Positions 48,619 to 59,045 of a DNA stretch of 64,000 nt are shown one piece after another. A program made the translations under genes and the position numbers. Each line of letters opens with the position of its first letter. The stretch's first letter is position 1. Source of the DNA: a candidate division FCPU426 bacterium (lineage in GTDB: Bacteria; Oederibacteriota; PGYV01; Palsa-1178); NCBI GenBank assembly GCA_963840035.1, contig CAWIXE010000001.1, forward strand, positions 576,001 through 640,000. The letters are read 5' to 3'. The notes under the pieces were generated by a model. The model did no database searches and had not been told where the DNA came from. It saw only the letters and a program-made list of their open reading frames with translations.

Positions 48619-49401
48619 ATGAAGCGCATACTCATAATCTTAGTCATCACAGCCTGTATCCCTTTCAGCCTTCTGGCGAAGAACTCTTTTAAAGATGGAA
48701 ACAAACTCTATCTGCAGGGCGATTATGCCAATGCCTTAAATGAGTATAACCAGTTCATCCAGGATAAACCCAAAAAATTTGAAGGTTATTATAACGCCGG
48801 AAACGCGCTTTTCAGGCAGGAGCAGTATGAGCAGGCTCTCGGGATGTATAATAAGGCGCTGGAATTAAACCCCAAAGATGAGGATACAAAGGTAAATATT
48901 GAAGTAACTCAGGAAAAGATAAAGAACCAGCCTAAAGACAAGAAAGAGCAGGATAAGAAAAAGCAGGAACAGGACAAGCAGAACCAGCAAAACCAGCAGG
49001 GACAGAACGGACAGAATAAGCAGGGGGAAAAGGGGCAGCAGGGCAAAGAGCAAAGTGCTAAGGATAAGGGTGAGGATAAGGATAAGAAGGGCGACAAACA
49101 GCAGGGGCAAAAGCCTGGTGATAAGCCGCAGCAAAACGGGCAGCAGGGGCAGCAGGCACAGCAGCCTGAAAAGCAGCCTCCTTCAGGCATGACAAAGGAC
49201 GAAGTGCAGGCGCTTATGAATACCATGCAGAACCAGGAAAAGCAGTACAGGGGTTATTTTGGAAAGCAGAACCAGCCTAAGAACAATGACCCTTCCAATA
49301 TGTCTCCAATGGAACTCATGCAGTACATGCAGCAGCAGATGATGGACCCGAACGTGACGCAGCAGGCGCCGAAGAACAGCGGGAATGAGAAGGATTGGTA
49401 G
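48619..49401 (+). CDS. BatC-like TPR protein with Gln/Lys-rich linker
   Basis: Signal peptide; YNAGNALFR TPR; Q-rich region; C-terminal EKDW. Confidence 0.8.
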   Translation: MKRILIILVITACIPFSLLAKNSFKDGNKLYLQGDYANALNEYNQFIQDKPKKFEGYYNAGNALFRQEQYEQALGMYNKALELNPKDEDTKVNIEVTQEKIKNQPKDKKEQDKKKQEQDKQNQQNQQGQNGQNKQGEKGQQGKEQSAKDKGEDKDKKGDKQQGQKPGDKPQQNGQQGQQAQQPEKQPPSGMTKDEVQALMNTMQNQEKQYRGYFGKQNQPKNNDPSNMSPMELMQYMQQQMMDPNVTQQAPKNSGNEKDW

Positions 49402-49415
49402 AGTGAAGGGGCGTA

Positions 49416-49494
49416 AAGCCCAGAGATCAGAGCCCAAAGCTCAAGGGGGTTATGGTCTGAAAGCATTTCCTTGGGCTATGAGCTTTGGGCTTTG
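49416..49494. repeat. Inverted heptamer array (AGCCCAN/TGGGCT family)
   Basis: AGCCCAG AGATCAG AGCCCAA AGCTCAA ... TTGGGCT ATGAGCT TTGGGCT. Confidence 0.8.
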
Positions 49495-49524
49495 TAACCA
49501 ACATAAAAAACCACCGGAGCATTA

Positions 49525-51477
49525 ATGCGCAAGTACTTCACCGAGGAGATCCCCAAATACATCGACAGCTATGAGGAGCGGCCCGAGCAGTCTGCAATGG
49601 CTCAGGCTGTTAAGGAAGCCATCGATAACAGCGAGAGCCTTATAATCGAAGCCGGCACTGGCGTCGGAAAGACCCTTGCTTACCTTATACCCATGGCTGA
49701 ATACGCCATTGCGGATAAAAAACGCGTCATCATATCCACATATTCAAAGGCCCTCCAGAGCCAGATATTCAAGAAAGACCTTCCTCTGGTAAAAAAAATA
49801 TTCCCTGAACTGAAATATGACATTATTTTCGGCGCGGGCAACTATGTCTGCACGAGGCGTTTCAGGGATTTTTCAAAAAAGGGGTCAATATTCGCCAACG
49901 CGAAGGACGTAAAGGACATGATGCATTTTATCGCCGAGGGCGAAGGGCTGCGCGAAAACACCAAGTTCCACATACCCCAGGACATATGGGAGTCCATACG
50001 CCGCGAAAAACCGCTGTGCCGCGAGGAATCGTGCGCGCATTTCCACAAGTGCTATTACTGGTCCATGCGCCACAGGCTGCGCAAGTCCCACATAATAGTG
50101 GTAAACCATCACTTATTTTTTTCCGACCTGATGGTCAATAAAAAACTGCTCCCCGAGTCGTCCGCCGTGGTTTTTGACGAGGCGCACAAGCTTGAGGACA
50201 CCATGCGGGACATGTTCTCCATGCGTTTTTCCATGGTGGATTACTACCGCGTCCTGCACGACCTGGAGGAGTTTTTACGCAATAAGAAAAAAACATCAAA
50301 AAAGGACTACAGCGAGGCAAAGCACGGCATAAAATCGGCGAAAAAGGACATGGAGGAGTTTGTCATGTCTTTGCGGGAAAACAGGGAACTAAAGCTGATG
50401 ACAAACAGCAGCGCGCTTTTGGATCCCGACGCGCGCACCATAGAATTCGGGCCTGACATCAGGCGGCCGCTGCGCGACGTTATTTATGAGATTAACGGCT
50501 CCATAAGGGAAGAGGAGGACAAGAATAAGAAAAAATATTTTGAATACCTCCTTGAATCCGTGGGCAACCACGCTGACGTCTTTGACAGGTGGATAAACAA
50601 AAAGGAAAAATCATACTTTTACTGGCTGGAGCAGGCGCCCAACAAGACACGCGACATATCCCTGTACATAACTCCCTATGACCTGCGCAAGGATTTTGAG
50701 GAGCATGTGAGGTTCAATTACGAATGCGTCGTATTCACCTCGGCCACGCTTTCAGCGGGGGATAATTTCAACTACGTTGTAAAGCAGTTCGGGCTTGAGG
50801 ACGCGGAAAAAGGGCTGCTGAAGTCGCCTTTCGATTATCAGAACAACTCCATGCTGTATGTGGAAAAGCACATGTCGTCGCCCCAGTCCGAGGAATTTAA
50901 GGGACAGCTTGAGGAAAAAATAATTGACTTCATAAAGATAACAAAAGGGAACATGTTTGTCCTTTTTACAAGCGTTGACCTGATGAAAAAGATGTACAAG
51001 CAGGTATCCAACCGCATTTCCAGCATACCAATGCTTATACAGGGCCAGGCAAGCCCCATGGAAATTGTGGCTGAGTTTAAGAAGGAGCCGTCCGTGCTCT
51101 TTGCCACTTCCACTTTCTGGCAGGGCATAGACATAAAAGGCGACGATCTGCGCTGCGTATTAATAACGAGGCTGCCGTTTGAAATGCCCGAGCACCCCAT
51201 GCAAAAGGCCATATACGCGCATGTCAAGGAAGAAGGCGGCAGCGATTTTGAGGAGATAGCGCTGCCGCGCGCCATATTCATGTTAAAGCAGGGGTTCGGC
51301 AGGTTAATCAGGTCCAAGGACGATTACGGGGTGGTGGCTATTTTGGACAGCAGAATATCAACGAAATCATACGGAAAGCGTTTTATAAAATCACTTCCCG
51401 AAGCAAAACTTACGTCAGACATGCATGAGGTTGATAAATTTTTCAAGGATAGGGTTTTAAACGGCATTAAGGGTTAG
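49525..51477 (+). CDS. DinG/YoaA-family ATP-dependent helicase
   Basis: EAGTGVGKT, Fe-S Cys residues, DEAH, TSATL, FWQGID, QGFGRLIR. Confidence 0.94.
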   Translation: MRKYFTEEIPKYIDSYEERPEQSAMAQAVKEAIDNSESLIIEAGTGVGKTLAYLIPMAEYAIADKKRVIISTYSKALQSQIFKKDLPLVKKIFPELKYDIIFGAGNYVCTRRFRDFSKKGSIFANAKDVKDMMHFIAEGEGLRENTKFHIPQDIWESIRREKPLCREESCAHFHKCYYWSMRHRLRKSHIIVVNHHLFFSDLMVNKKLLPESSAVVFDEAHKLEDTMRDMFSMRFSMVDYYRVLHDLEEFLRNKKKTSKKDYSEAKHGIKSAKKDMEEFVMSLRENRELKLMTNSSALLDPDARTIEFGPDIRRPLRDVIYEINGSIREEEDKNKKKYFEYLLESVGNHADVFDRWINKKEKSYFYWLEQAPNKTRDISLYITPYDLRKDFEEHVRFNYECVVFTSATLSAGDNFNYVVKQFGLEDAEKGLLKSPFDYQNNSMLYVEKHMSSPQSEEFKGQLEEKIIDFIKITKGNMFVLFTSVDLMKKMYKQVSNRISSIPMLIQGQASPMEIVAEFKKEPSVLFATSTFWQGIDIKGDDLRCVLITRLPFEMPEHPMQKAIYAHVKEEGGSDFEEIALPRAIFMLKQGFGRLIRSKDDYGVVAILDSRISTKSYGKRFIKSLPEAKLTSDMHEVDKFFKDRVLNGIKG

Positions 51478-51499
51478 TCTGTCAGGGGGAGGCAAAGTC

Positions 51500-52288
51500 A
51501 TGACCGGGGAAATAAAAAAGTACGGCAAATATCCATATTCCATAGCGCTGCTCCATGGCGGGCCCGGGGCCCAGGGCGAAATGGCGCCTGTCGCGGAATA
51601 CCTTTCAAAAAAATTCAGCGTTGCCGAACCATACCAGTCGGCCGACTCTGTCCATAAACAGGTTGACGAATTAAAAAAACAGCTCGACAGCTGCGCGGTT
51701 TACCCTGTCATACTCGCCGGTTATTCCTGGGGCGCGTGGCTGGCGTGGATATTCGCGGCAAAATACCCTAAAACAGTAAAAAAAATAATATTGATATCAA
51801 GCGGGCCGTTCCTTGAGAGTTACACCGCCGCTATAAAAGAAACCAGGCTTTCAAGGCTGAATAACCCGGAAAGGCAGGAGGCTGAATTCCTGCTTGACAA
51901 CCTGGATAACAGGGCTGTTACAGACAGGGTAAAATTATTATCAAGAATAGGCGAACTTATGTCAAAAGCCGATTCATTAGACCCGGACTATAACTATTCG
52001 GGAAAGACGGTTATAACCCCCGGGGTTTTTGAGAAAGTCTGGCCCGAAGCTGAGCAAATGAGGAAAACAGGGGAGCTCATCGGGCTTTCAAAGATGATAA
52101 AATGCCCTGTCACGGCAATACACGGCGACTATGACCCGCATCCGGCCGAAGGTGTAAGCGGCCCTTTATCTAAAGAACTAAAAAAATTTAAATTAATACT
52201 TTTAAAGAACTGCGGCCATACGCCGTGGATTGAAAAACAGGCCAGGGATGATTTTTTCAGGGAACTTGAGGCTGAGATAACAACGTAA
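51500..52288 (+). CDS. Alpha/beta hydrolase
   Basis: HGGPG, GYSWG nucleophile, HGDYD, CGHTPW. Confidence 0.92.
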   Translation: MTGEIKKYGKYPYSIALLHGGPGAQGEMAPVAEYLSKKFSVAEPYQSADSVHKQVDELKKQLDSCAVYPVILAGYSWGAWLAWIFAAKYPKTVKKIILISSGPFLESYTAAIKETRLSRLNNPERQEAEFLLDNLDNRAVTDRVKLLSRIGELMSKADSLDPDYNYSGKTVITPGVFEKVWPEAEQMRKTGELIGLSKMIKCPVTAIHGDYDPHPAEGVSGPLSKELKKFKLILLKNCGHTPWIEKQARDDFFRELEAEITT

Positions 52289-52318
52289 ATAAAAGGTGGA
52301 TAAAGACCTTGTCTTGTT

Positions 52319-52550
52319 CCCCTCACCCCTACCCCTTTCTCCTCCGCAAGTGGGGACTATAAATAGCCAAATGGGAGAGAGAGTAAAAGTACGTATTTGA
52401 TTTGTACACTGGTGTAATGATTTGTTCTTTTTTCCCTCTCCCATTTGGGAGAGGGTAGGGTGAGGGGAATAAGGCTGTTGGTATCACCTCACCCCAGCCC
52501 CTCTCTCCCCCGCAAGGGGGGACTGTAAATAGCCAAGAGGAGAGGGGGAA
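52319..52550. repeat. CCCTCACCC/CCCTCTCCC-type palindromic repeat cluster
   Basis: Three related hairpins, e.g. CCCTCTCCCATTTGGGAGAGGG-TAGGGTGAGGGG. Confidence 0.75.
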
Positions 52551-52656
52551 ACGGAGATAAAATAAATCAACACACAATTATATGCAATACAATGGATAAA
52601 GTGTTTTTGACTTTCCCATCCAAATGTATTAAACTTAGCATATCAACAAAAACGGG

Positions 52657-53460
52657 GTGTTTATGATACGTGAAGCTGTAGTCGCAGGGGTTTTTTACGA
52701 CGCTGATGGCGACAAACTCAAAAAAAACATTTCATCCCTATGCCCTGAAAAAAAGGAACAAATATGCGCCAGGGCTGTGATTGTGCCGCATGCCGGCTAC
52801 ATATACTCCGGCAAAGTCGCGGCTGAAACTTTCGCTTCGGTAGAACTTCCTGACACATTTATAATACTCGGGCCCAACCACACGGGGCTTGGGAAACCCA
52901 TTTCTGTTTACCCGGAAGGGTCATGGCAGACACCCCTTGGCGAAGCCAGGATAGACGCGCTTTTGTCGGGGGATATCATCAAAAACTGCAAATCCGCCTC
53001 AAAAGACATAATGGCCCACGCGAGGGAGCATTCCATCGAGGTGCAGCTGCCATTCATTCAGTATCATAAAAAAGATTTCAGGTTCGCGGCAATCGCCCTG
53101 GGAGACCCCGATCTGCTCCATTTAAAAGAACTCGGGATTGCGATAGCGCAGGCCATAAAAGGCAGGGACGTGATGCTCGTGGCGTCCACGGACTTAACTC
53201 ACTACGAAGAGGCTTCGGAGGCCAAGGTAAAGGATGATATGGTGCTTAAATCCATTGAAAATATGGACCCGGAACAGCTGGCAAAGGACGTGCACAAGCA
53301 CGGCATATCCATGTGCGGATGGATGCCGGTATATACCGTTATGCACGCGTGCATGGCGCTGGGTTCTAAAGAGGCAAAAATAATAAGGTACATGAATTCC
53401 GGGGACACGAGCGGCGATTATGACGAAGTTGTCGGATACGCAGGAGCGGTTATTATATGA
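52657..53460 (+). CDS. amrB: AmmeMemoRadiSam system protein B (MEMO1 family)
   Basis: AVVAGVFY, PHAGYIYSG, GPNH, EHSIEVQLPF, STDLTHY, MCG, VVGYA. Confidence 0.93.
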   Translation: MFMIREAVVAGVFYDADGDKLKKNISSLCPEKKEQICARAVIVPHAGYIYSGKVAAETFASVELPDTFIILGPNHTGLGKPISVYPEGSWQTPLGEARIDALLSGDIIKNCKSASKDIMAHAREHSIEVQLPFIQYHKKDFRFAAIALGDPDLLHLKELGIAIAQAIKGRDVMLVASTDLTHYEEASEAKVKDDMVLKSIENMDPEQLAKDVHKHGISMCGWMPVYTVMHACMALGSKEAKIIRYMNSGDTSGDYDEVVGYAGAVII

Positions 53461-54575
53461 AGGAATTTTCGCTGTTATTTCCCCCAATAGCGCACTTTGG
53501 TTTCGGCAGCATTGAAAAGCTTGCCATATCCGGTATAAAAGGGCAAAAAGGGCTTATAATTACAGGCAAGCATTCCGCGAAAAAATCAGGGTTCCTGGCA
53601 AAAGTAAAAAAAATGCTCAAGGCCCAGGATAAGGAAGTATTTGTTTTTGATGATGTTGAGCCTGAAGTATCGGTTGAAACCGTGGACCGGGCTGCCGAGC
53701 ATGCCAGGCGCTATAAAGTGGACTTCATAGTTGGTTTGGGAGGCGGGTCTGCCATAGACTGCGCCAAAGCAGCTGCCGGAATTTACAAAGAAAAAATAAG
53801 CGTCAAGGAATACCTCGATAAAAAAATAAATGTAAGGAAAGAACCCGGATTCTTCATAGCCATACCCACTACCGCCGGAACAGGTTCCGAGGCCACAAAG
53901 AACGCGGTGCTGACATATACTTCAAAAAAAATAAAGATAAGCCTGCGCGGAGACGTGCTGGTGCCGTCGCTTGTGATACTTGATCCCGGGCTGACCATGG
54001 GGCTGCCGCCGGAGCTTACCGCTTTTACGGGTATGGACGCTTTAACACACGCTGTGGAATCATACTTTTCAAAGAATGCCAATGACGTCACAAAGCAGCT
54101 TTCTTACAGGGCTATAATGCTCATAACGCAGTCCCTGCACAAGGCGTATAAGGACGGAAGCGATAAAAAAGCCAGGCATGACATGCTGCTGGGCAGCTTC
54201 ACGGCAGGCATTGCTTTCGCAAATGCCGGCTTAGGCGCTGTGCACGGCATCGGCCACCCGATAGGCGCGGTATGCTCACTGCCGCACGGACAGGTAAACG
54301 CCATCCTTTTACCGGCAATCATGGAGTATAATGCGCGAGGCTGTGAAAAAGAACTGGAAGAGTTTAATCTGTCAGCCGGATTTGATCTTATTAAAAAGAT
54401 AAAGGACCTGAATAAAAAAATGGGCATCCCGTCAAAAATATCAAAAGTATGCCGCGGCGCAGGATCCCTTACGGAAGAGATAATAAAAAGGGTGGAGTAT
54501 TCAGCTTCCATGTCATATAATCCTGTAACAATGGACGAGGAAAAAGTGCGCGAAGTATTAAAGGAAGTGCTCTGA
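53457..54575 (+). CDS. Iron-containing alcohol dehydrogenase
   Basis: GLGGGSAID, PTTAGTGSE, DALTHAVE, HG. Confidence 0.94.
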   Translation: MKEFSLLFPPIAHFGFGSIEKLAISGIKGQKGLIITGKHSAKKSGFLAKVKKMLKAQDKEVFVFDDVEPEVSVETVDRAAEHARRYKVDFIVGLGGGSAIDCAKAAAGIYKEKISVKEYLDKKINVRKEPGFFIAIPTTAGTGSEATKNAVLTYTSKKIKISLRGDVLVPSLVILDPGLTMGLPPELTAFTGMDALTHAVESYFSKNANDVTKQLSYRAIMLITQSLHKAYKDGSDKKARHDMLLGSFTAGIAFANAGLGAVHGIGHPIGAVCSLPHGQVNAILLPAIMEYNARGCEKELEEFNLSAGFDLIKKIKDLNKKMGIPSKISKVCRGAGSLTEEIIKRVEYSASMSYNPVTMDEEKVREVLKEVL

Positions 54576-56041
54576 TGAAGGAAAAAGCCATAACAAAGAT
54601 GGAAATAGTTTTCCTGCTGCTTGCGTGTGTTCTGGCCATTTTCATCAGGATTGATTCGCCGTCTATCCCGCTTGACCGCGATGAGGGGACCATAGCGTAT
54701 ATCGCTGACGGGCTGGGAAGCGGGATGCTTCCATACAGGGACACGTTTGACCATAATCCTCCCATGATGTATTTTATTTTCCGGGCCGGTTTTTCCATTT
54801 TTAACGGAGGGCCTGACAGCATCCGGGCCACAGCCGGATGCGCCGTAGTTATGACTATGATACTTATTTACATGTTCATGCGGATGTATTCCGGCGCGTT
54901 CCTGGCCATGCTGGCGGCTTTTATTTATGCCGTGTTCCAAAATAGCTTTTCTATGCGCGGCCTGGGGGCGGGCAGCGAGATATTTGCCCAATTTTTTTTA
55001 GTGGCTTCGATGCTGTTTATAAGCGACAGGGACAATAAATATGGGCATATCAGCGGTTTTATATCCGGTTTTTTTGCGGCAGCGGCATGGATGACGGCGC
55101 CAATAACCCTGTTTTTTATTCTTGTTCCAGCGGTATACATATTGAAATACGTTAAAAATAAAAAGAGGGACATTATCTGGTACGCAAGCGGCGTGATTTT
55201 TGTATTTATAACGGCAATATCATGGGCCGCCGCGAACAGCATTGCCGGTGAGTTCATTGATTGTGTGTTCATGTATGATCTGAGGAACTCCGCAGGCACA
55301 AATTTTATAACAGTTTTCAGAAGCGTCATTATCGGCAGCGCGGATTATGCCTCCGCATCCCTGCTGATTGTCGCAGGGGTGGTTTATGCCGTTTATAAAA
55401 CGGTTTCAAAAAATAATGACAGGCTTTTATTTCTGGCCCTTATTACATTTATTTCCTTGTATGCCGGGATAGTTTTATTTAAAGGGGCGTACCCTCATTA
55501 TTACCTGATACTTGCGTCAGCCGGGGCAATCATGGCGGCGGTTTTTATCAGGGATTTATCCGCATATGTTTCAAAAAAAGAAGGCGGGAAGATTGGGGCT
55601 ATTGTGGCCGCGGGTTTGCTAATAGCCGGCATCACAATTCATTTTGTAGCGGAGAACGCCTATGATATTGTAAAAAACGGGAGGTTTACGCACGGCATAT
55701 TTTATGAATCCCGCGCCATGGCAGACGCCATAAACAGCAGCAAAAACAAGGACACAACTGTTTTTGTCTGGCCCAATGAACCGGAAATATATTACCTGAC
55801 CCGGACAAAACCTCCGGGCAGGTTCATATATTCATATCCACTGAATGATTATGTTGGGGAGGGAAAGCAGCTTGAGCAGGAGCTTTTCCTGAAAAAACCC
55901 GATTATTTTGTCCTGGAAAACGGTACGGAGGGAAAGTTCGCGCAGCAGCAGCTGGGTTATTACAAAAAGTCGGTTGAGGGAAGATACCTTACACTTTACA
56001 GAAAAGCATCCAAGGAGGAAAAAAATGAACCGCATAAATGA
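54575..56041 (+). CDS. GT-C fold (ArnT/PMT-like) membrane glycosyltransferase
   Basis: DRDEG...PYRDTFDHNPP; many TMs; YPHYY. Confidence 0.8.
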   Translation: MKEKAITKMEIVFLLLACVLAIFIRIDSPSIPLDRDEGTIAYIADGLGSGMLPYRDTFDHNPPMMYFIFRAGFSIFNGGPDSIRATAGCAVVMTMILIYMFMRMYSGAFLAMLAAFIYAVFQNSFSMRGLGAGSEIFAQFFLVASMLFISDRDNKYGHISGFISGFFAAAAWMTAPITLFFILVPAVYILKYVKNKKRDIIWYASGVIFVFITAISWAAANSIAGEFIDCVFMYDLRNSAGTNFITVFRSVIIGSADYASASLLIVAGVVYAVYKTVSKNNDRLLFLALITFISLYAGIVLFKGAYPHYYLILASAGAIMAAVFIRDLSAYVSKKEGGKIGAIVAAGLLIAGITIHFVAENAYDIVKNGRFTHGIFYESRAMADAINSSKNKDTTVFVWPNEPEIYYLTRTKPPGRFIYSYPLNDYVGEGKQLEQELFLKKPDYFVLENGTEGKFAQQQLGYYKKSVEGRYLTLYRKASKEEKNEPHK

Positions 56042-56339
56042 CGCGGATGTGGAATTTAAGAATAAAGTTTCAGGCTCAAAATACCTTTTTAACCAGGAAA
56101 ACAAATACGCCTTTGGAACGGCTTACTTAAGGCCCGGTGACGAGATAAAAGACCACTCGCACCCGGATGAAGTGGAGCTTTTTTACTTTATATCAGGCTC
56201 CCCGAAATTTATAGCTGACGGAAAGGAATTCAGGGTGAAGGCCGGAGACGCTTTCAAAGTCGAAGCGAAAGAAATGCATTATATGGTAAATGACACGAAG
56301 GAAACGGCGCACCTGAATTTTATAAAGATTAAGGTTTGA
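56025..56339 (+). CDS. Cupin-domain protein
   Basis: HSH...E...H metal motif; AAGGAGG RBS. Confidence 0.88.
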   Translation: MNRINDADVEFKNKVSGSKYLFNQENKYAFGTAYLRPGDEIKDHSHPDEVELFYFISGSPKFIADGKEFRVKAGDAFKVEAKEMHYMVNDTKETAHLNFIKIKV

Positions 56340-56352
56340 TTGTTGCGGATTT

Positions 56353-56467
56353 GGAAGCCGCAACCTTCAGGTTGCGAAACAATGAGCGGCGTAAGGCGAT
56401 ACTATCATTAATTGTGCGTAAATTGATTTGTTCTTTTTTCCCCTCTCCTAAGAGGAGAGGGAGAAAG
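56353..56467. repeat. REP-like remnants
   Basis: GAAGCCGCAACCTTCAGGTTGCG; TGATTTGTTCTTTTTTCCCTCTCCC is shared with the 52.4-kb cluster. Confidence 0.6.
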
Positions 56468-56606
56468 ACGTTTATAATGAAAACAATCATATTATCGGCC
56501 AAAATGAATTTACACTTTATTATATACAATATCGTGTAAGGCCTGGTTGACGCAATAATGCTCCTTTATGATATAATGATATTACTTTAAAGGGAGAGGA
56601 TAATCC

Positions 56607-58439
56607 ATGGATTCAAAACGTCTGAGCATAGCCTTAAAGGTCATATTCGGGGTTGTATTCGCGGCGGCGCTTTTTGCCGCGAGTTATAACTCGTTTTTAT
56701 CGCCGGAGACTTTCAGGCACGCCGCCCTGGGCAAGGAATTTTTAAAGGACCTCGGCTTTCCCAAGGCTGATAATTTTTCCTACGCGGGGCCGGCGTCATG
56801 GGACAGGAGCTCGTGGCTTTTTGATTTTTTCATATACTCCCTGTGCTATTTAGGAGGAGTGGATAACCTTGTTTACCTGAAATTCTTCCTCTTCGCGCTT
56901 TTTACAGGAGTGCTATTTCTTATTATATACAAAAAACAGCAGGGAAAGTATATAAGCATAACCATACCCATTGGGGTGCTCGTCCTATGGATGCTGGATA
57001 ACTATTTTAAGATAATCCCGCCGATATTTTCCTACGTTTTTACAATGTATTTTATATTTGTCCTTGAACAGGAGCCGACGAAAAGGAATTCGATGTTATA
57101 TTACACCCTGCCTTTTATAGCGCTTTTCTGGGCAAATACAAGCAGTACTGCGCCGGCCGCGGCCGCGCTCACGCTTGTTTACCTCCTTTATTATATAGCG
57201 GACTCATATGAGATGCCGGAGCGCAGGGAAAAGTACAATTCTCCCGCGATCCTTATAGCATTTGCCGGCGTTCTGGGAGCCACTTTTTTAAGCCCTGATT
57301 TTACGGGAGCTTACATAAATTTATATGAAGGATTTAAGACAGGGTTCGGGTCCTGGAAGGAAGCCATCATGAACGGCGGCGGGGCTGAGTGGATTCAGCT
57401 GCTGTTTTTCTTCCTTTACATGATTGGCGCTCTTGTAATACTTTTTTTCAACGAGCGCGGCGCCGACGTCGGAAGGAAATCGGAACTCATAAAAGACATT
57501 GCCGTGGTGGTGCTGCTGCTTGCGGCGAGTTATTCCGACAGGGGTTATGTGCCGGTATTTATTTCCGCGACCCTGCCGCTTCTCATGTATTACGCGTACC
57601 TGATATTCCGCTGGAATATCGTGTGGCCGCTGCAATGGACTGAAAAAAACCTGTTGAGGGTTAAAAACACCACGTATTTGATACTCATACCGCTCGTTAT
57701 CGCCTTCATCGTTGTCAGGATTACGGGCGCGGTAAAGCAGGATTATCCGCAGGAAGCCAAGAATTACTTGCTAGCTAATAAAATTGCGACTAATTTATTT
57801 GTCGAGCCCGAATGGACCGGGTTTGCCGAGTATTACCTGTACCCGGCATACCAGGTAATGTCCGACGCGAATAAAAGCAGGGACGGCCAGCTTAAGAGGG
57901 AATACGACCTCGTGGCTTCCACTGACATGACCATCACCCCGATACTAATTAAGTACGGAATAAACTCATTTCTGGTAAAGTCAGGTTCAAGACTCGCGGG
58001 AAAGATGGCGTCCATGGGATATAAGACCGCATATTTTGACGGCCAAAATGAAGTGCTGGTCAACCCTGAGCAGGCTAAGGAATATTTTAAATTCATAAAT
58101 ACAAACAACGGCGACGATTTTTATGACAAAAACAATCTGGGGCCGTCGCTTAAGGAAATGCTGGCTTTTGCCGAGAAATACCCGTCGGTTAAGGCGCACT
58201 TAATGGCGGCGAAGCTTTACGCCGCCGTAAACAGGAAAAGGGCGAAGGCCTACCTGGAGGAGACCATAAGCAATTTTGAAAGCGAATACCCGTTGTATAA
58301 TTACCTCGGAAAGATATATTTTGACGAGGGGGAGTATGTAAGCGCCATGGAGGTATGGGAGCAGTCAAAGGAAGTGGACGTGAAGACGGCCCAGCTTATG
58401 AAGGCGGCGAAAAAAAGGCTGGAACGGGAAGAGGAATAG
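56607..58439 (+). CDS. Multi-TM membrane protein (GT-C-like) with C-terminal TPR
   Basis: RHAALG...DNFSY...SWLFD N-terminal loop; about ten TMs; TPR-like tail. Confidence 0.7.
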   Translation: MDSKRLSIALKVIFGVVFAAALFAASYNSFLSPETFRHAALGKEFLKDLGFPKADNFSYAGPASWDRSSWLFDFFIYSLCYLGGVDNLVYLKFFLFALFTGVLFLIIYKKQQGKYISITIPIGVLVLWMLDNYFKIIPPIFSYVFTMYFIFVLEQEPTKRNSMLYYTLPFIALFWANTSSTAPAAAALTLVYLLYYIADSYEMPERREKYNSPAILIAFAGVLGATFLSPDFTGAYINLYEGFKTGFGSWKEAIMNGGGAEWIQLLFFFLYMIGALVILFFNERGADVGRKSELIKDIAVVVLLLAASYSDRGYVPVFISATLPLLMYYAYLIFRWNIVWPLQWTEKNLLRVKNTTYLILIPLVIAFIVVRITGAVKQDYPQEAKNYLLANKIATNLFVEPEWTGFAEYYLYPAYQVMSDANKSRDGQLKREYDLVASTDMTITPILIKYGINSFLVKSGSRLAGKMASMGYKTAYFDGQNEVLVNPEQAKEYFKFINTNNGDDFYDKNNLGPSLKEMLAFAEKYPSVKAHLMAAKLYAAVNRKRAKAYLEETISNFESEYPLYNYLGKIYFDEGEYVSAMEVWEQSKEVDVKTAQLMKAAKKRLEREEE

Positions 58440-58461
58440 ACCCGCGCAGAATGATTGTTGG

Positions 58462-58508
58462 GATAAAACTGAGAGATAGAACTGAGAGATAGAACTGAGA
58501 GATAGAAC
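58462..58508 (+). repeat. 13-bp tandem repeat (GATAGAACTGAGA), ~3.6 units
   Basis: Direct reading. Confidence 0.85.
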
Positions 58509-58665
58509 CAGTATAACGTTTAAACAAAATGTTCCACCTAGTGAAAAGAAAATGAAGTTTTGATTGAATATGTTTTGACGCAGGATGTCCCATTAGATAT
58601 ACTTAATGCATATATAAAATATTAGTATTTCATAACGTCAAATATAACTGATTCACGGGGATGGG

Positions 58666-58937
58666 ATGATTATAAAATTTCTAAAATCAAAAATATTTTT
58701 TTTATTATTTATACTATTTATTTTAATCAATTTACAAATACAAGCCGTGCCTATTACCTGGACACAAAATTCAGATGGGTCAATCACTGTTTCTGCAACC
58801 CTTAACGAAAGTATGTACGGCCCCTACACGCATTATAATCCTGATTACGAATGGACTGCCGGATACGTCTACGCGGTATTAATTGGAGGCGGCACTACTG
58901 CAAAATTTTTAGGTTTTGTAGGACCTCAAATGACACC
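58666..58937 (+). pseudogene. N-terminal remnant of a secreted protein, cut by IS
   Basis: Signal peptide ...LINLQIQA; frame runs into the IS left end. Confidence 0.7.
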
Positions 58938-59045
58938 TGTTGAAAGTCAGCTAAGTGTGGAGATTCGTCAGGTTTAATGACATGATGGTTTTAGGTTGTG
59001 CTCTCAAGTAAAAATGAGTAAAATTGAAAGAAAAAGGAGCGCAAC

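Noticed and set aside
54104..54991. 295-aa minus-strand ORF
   Set aside because: Antisense to two well-supported genes, with no recognisable motifs
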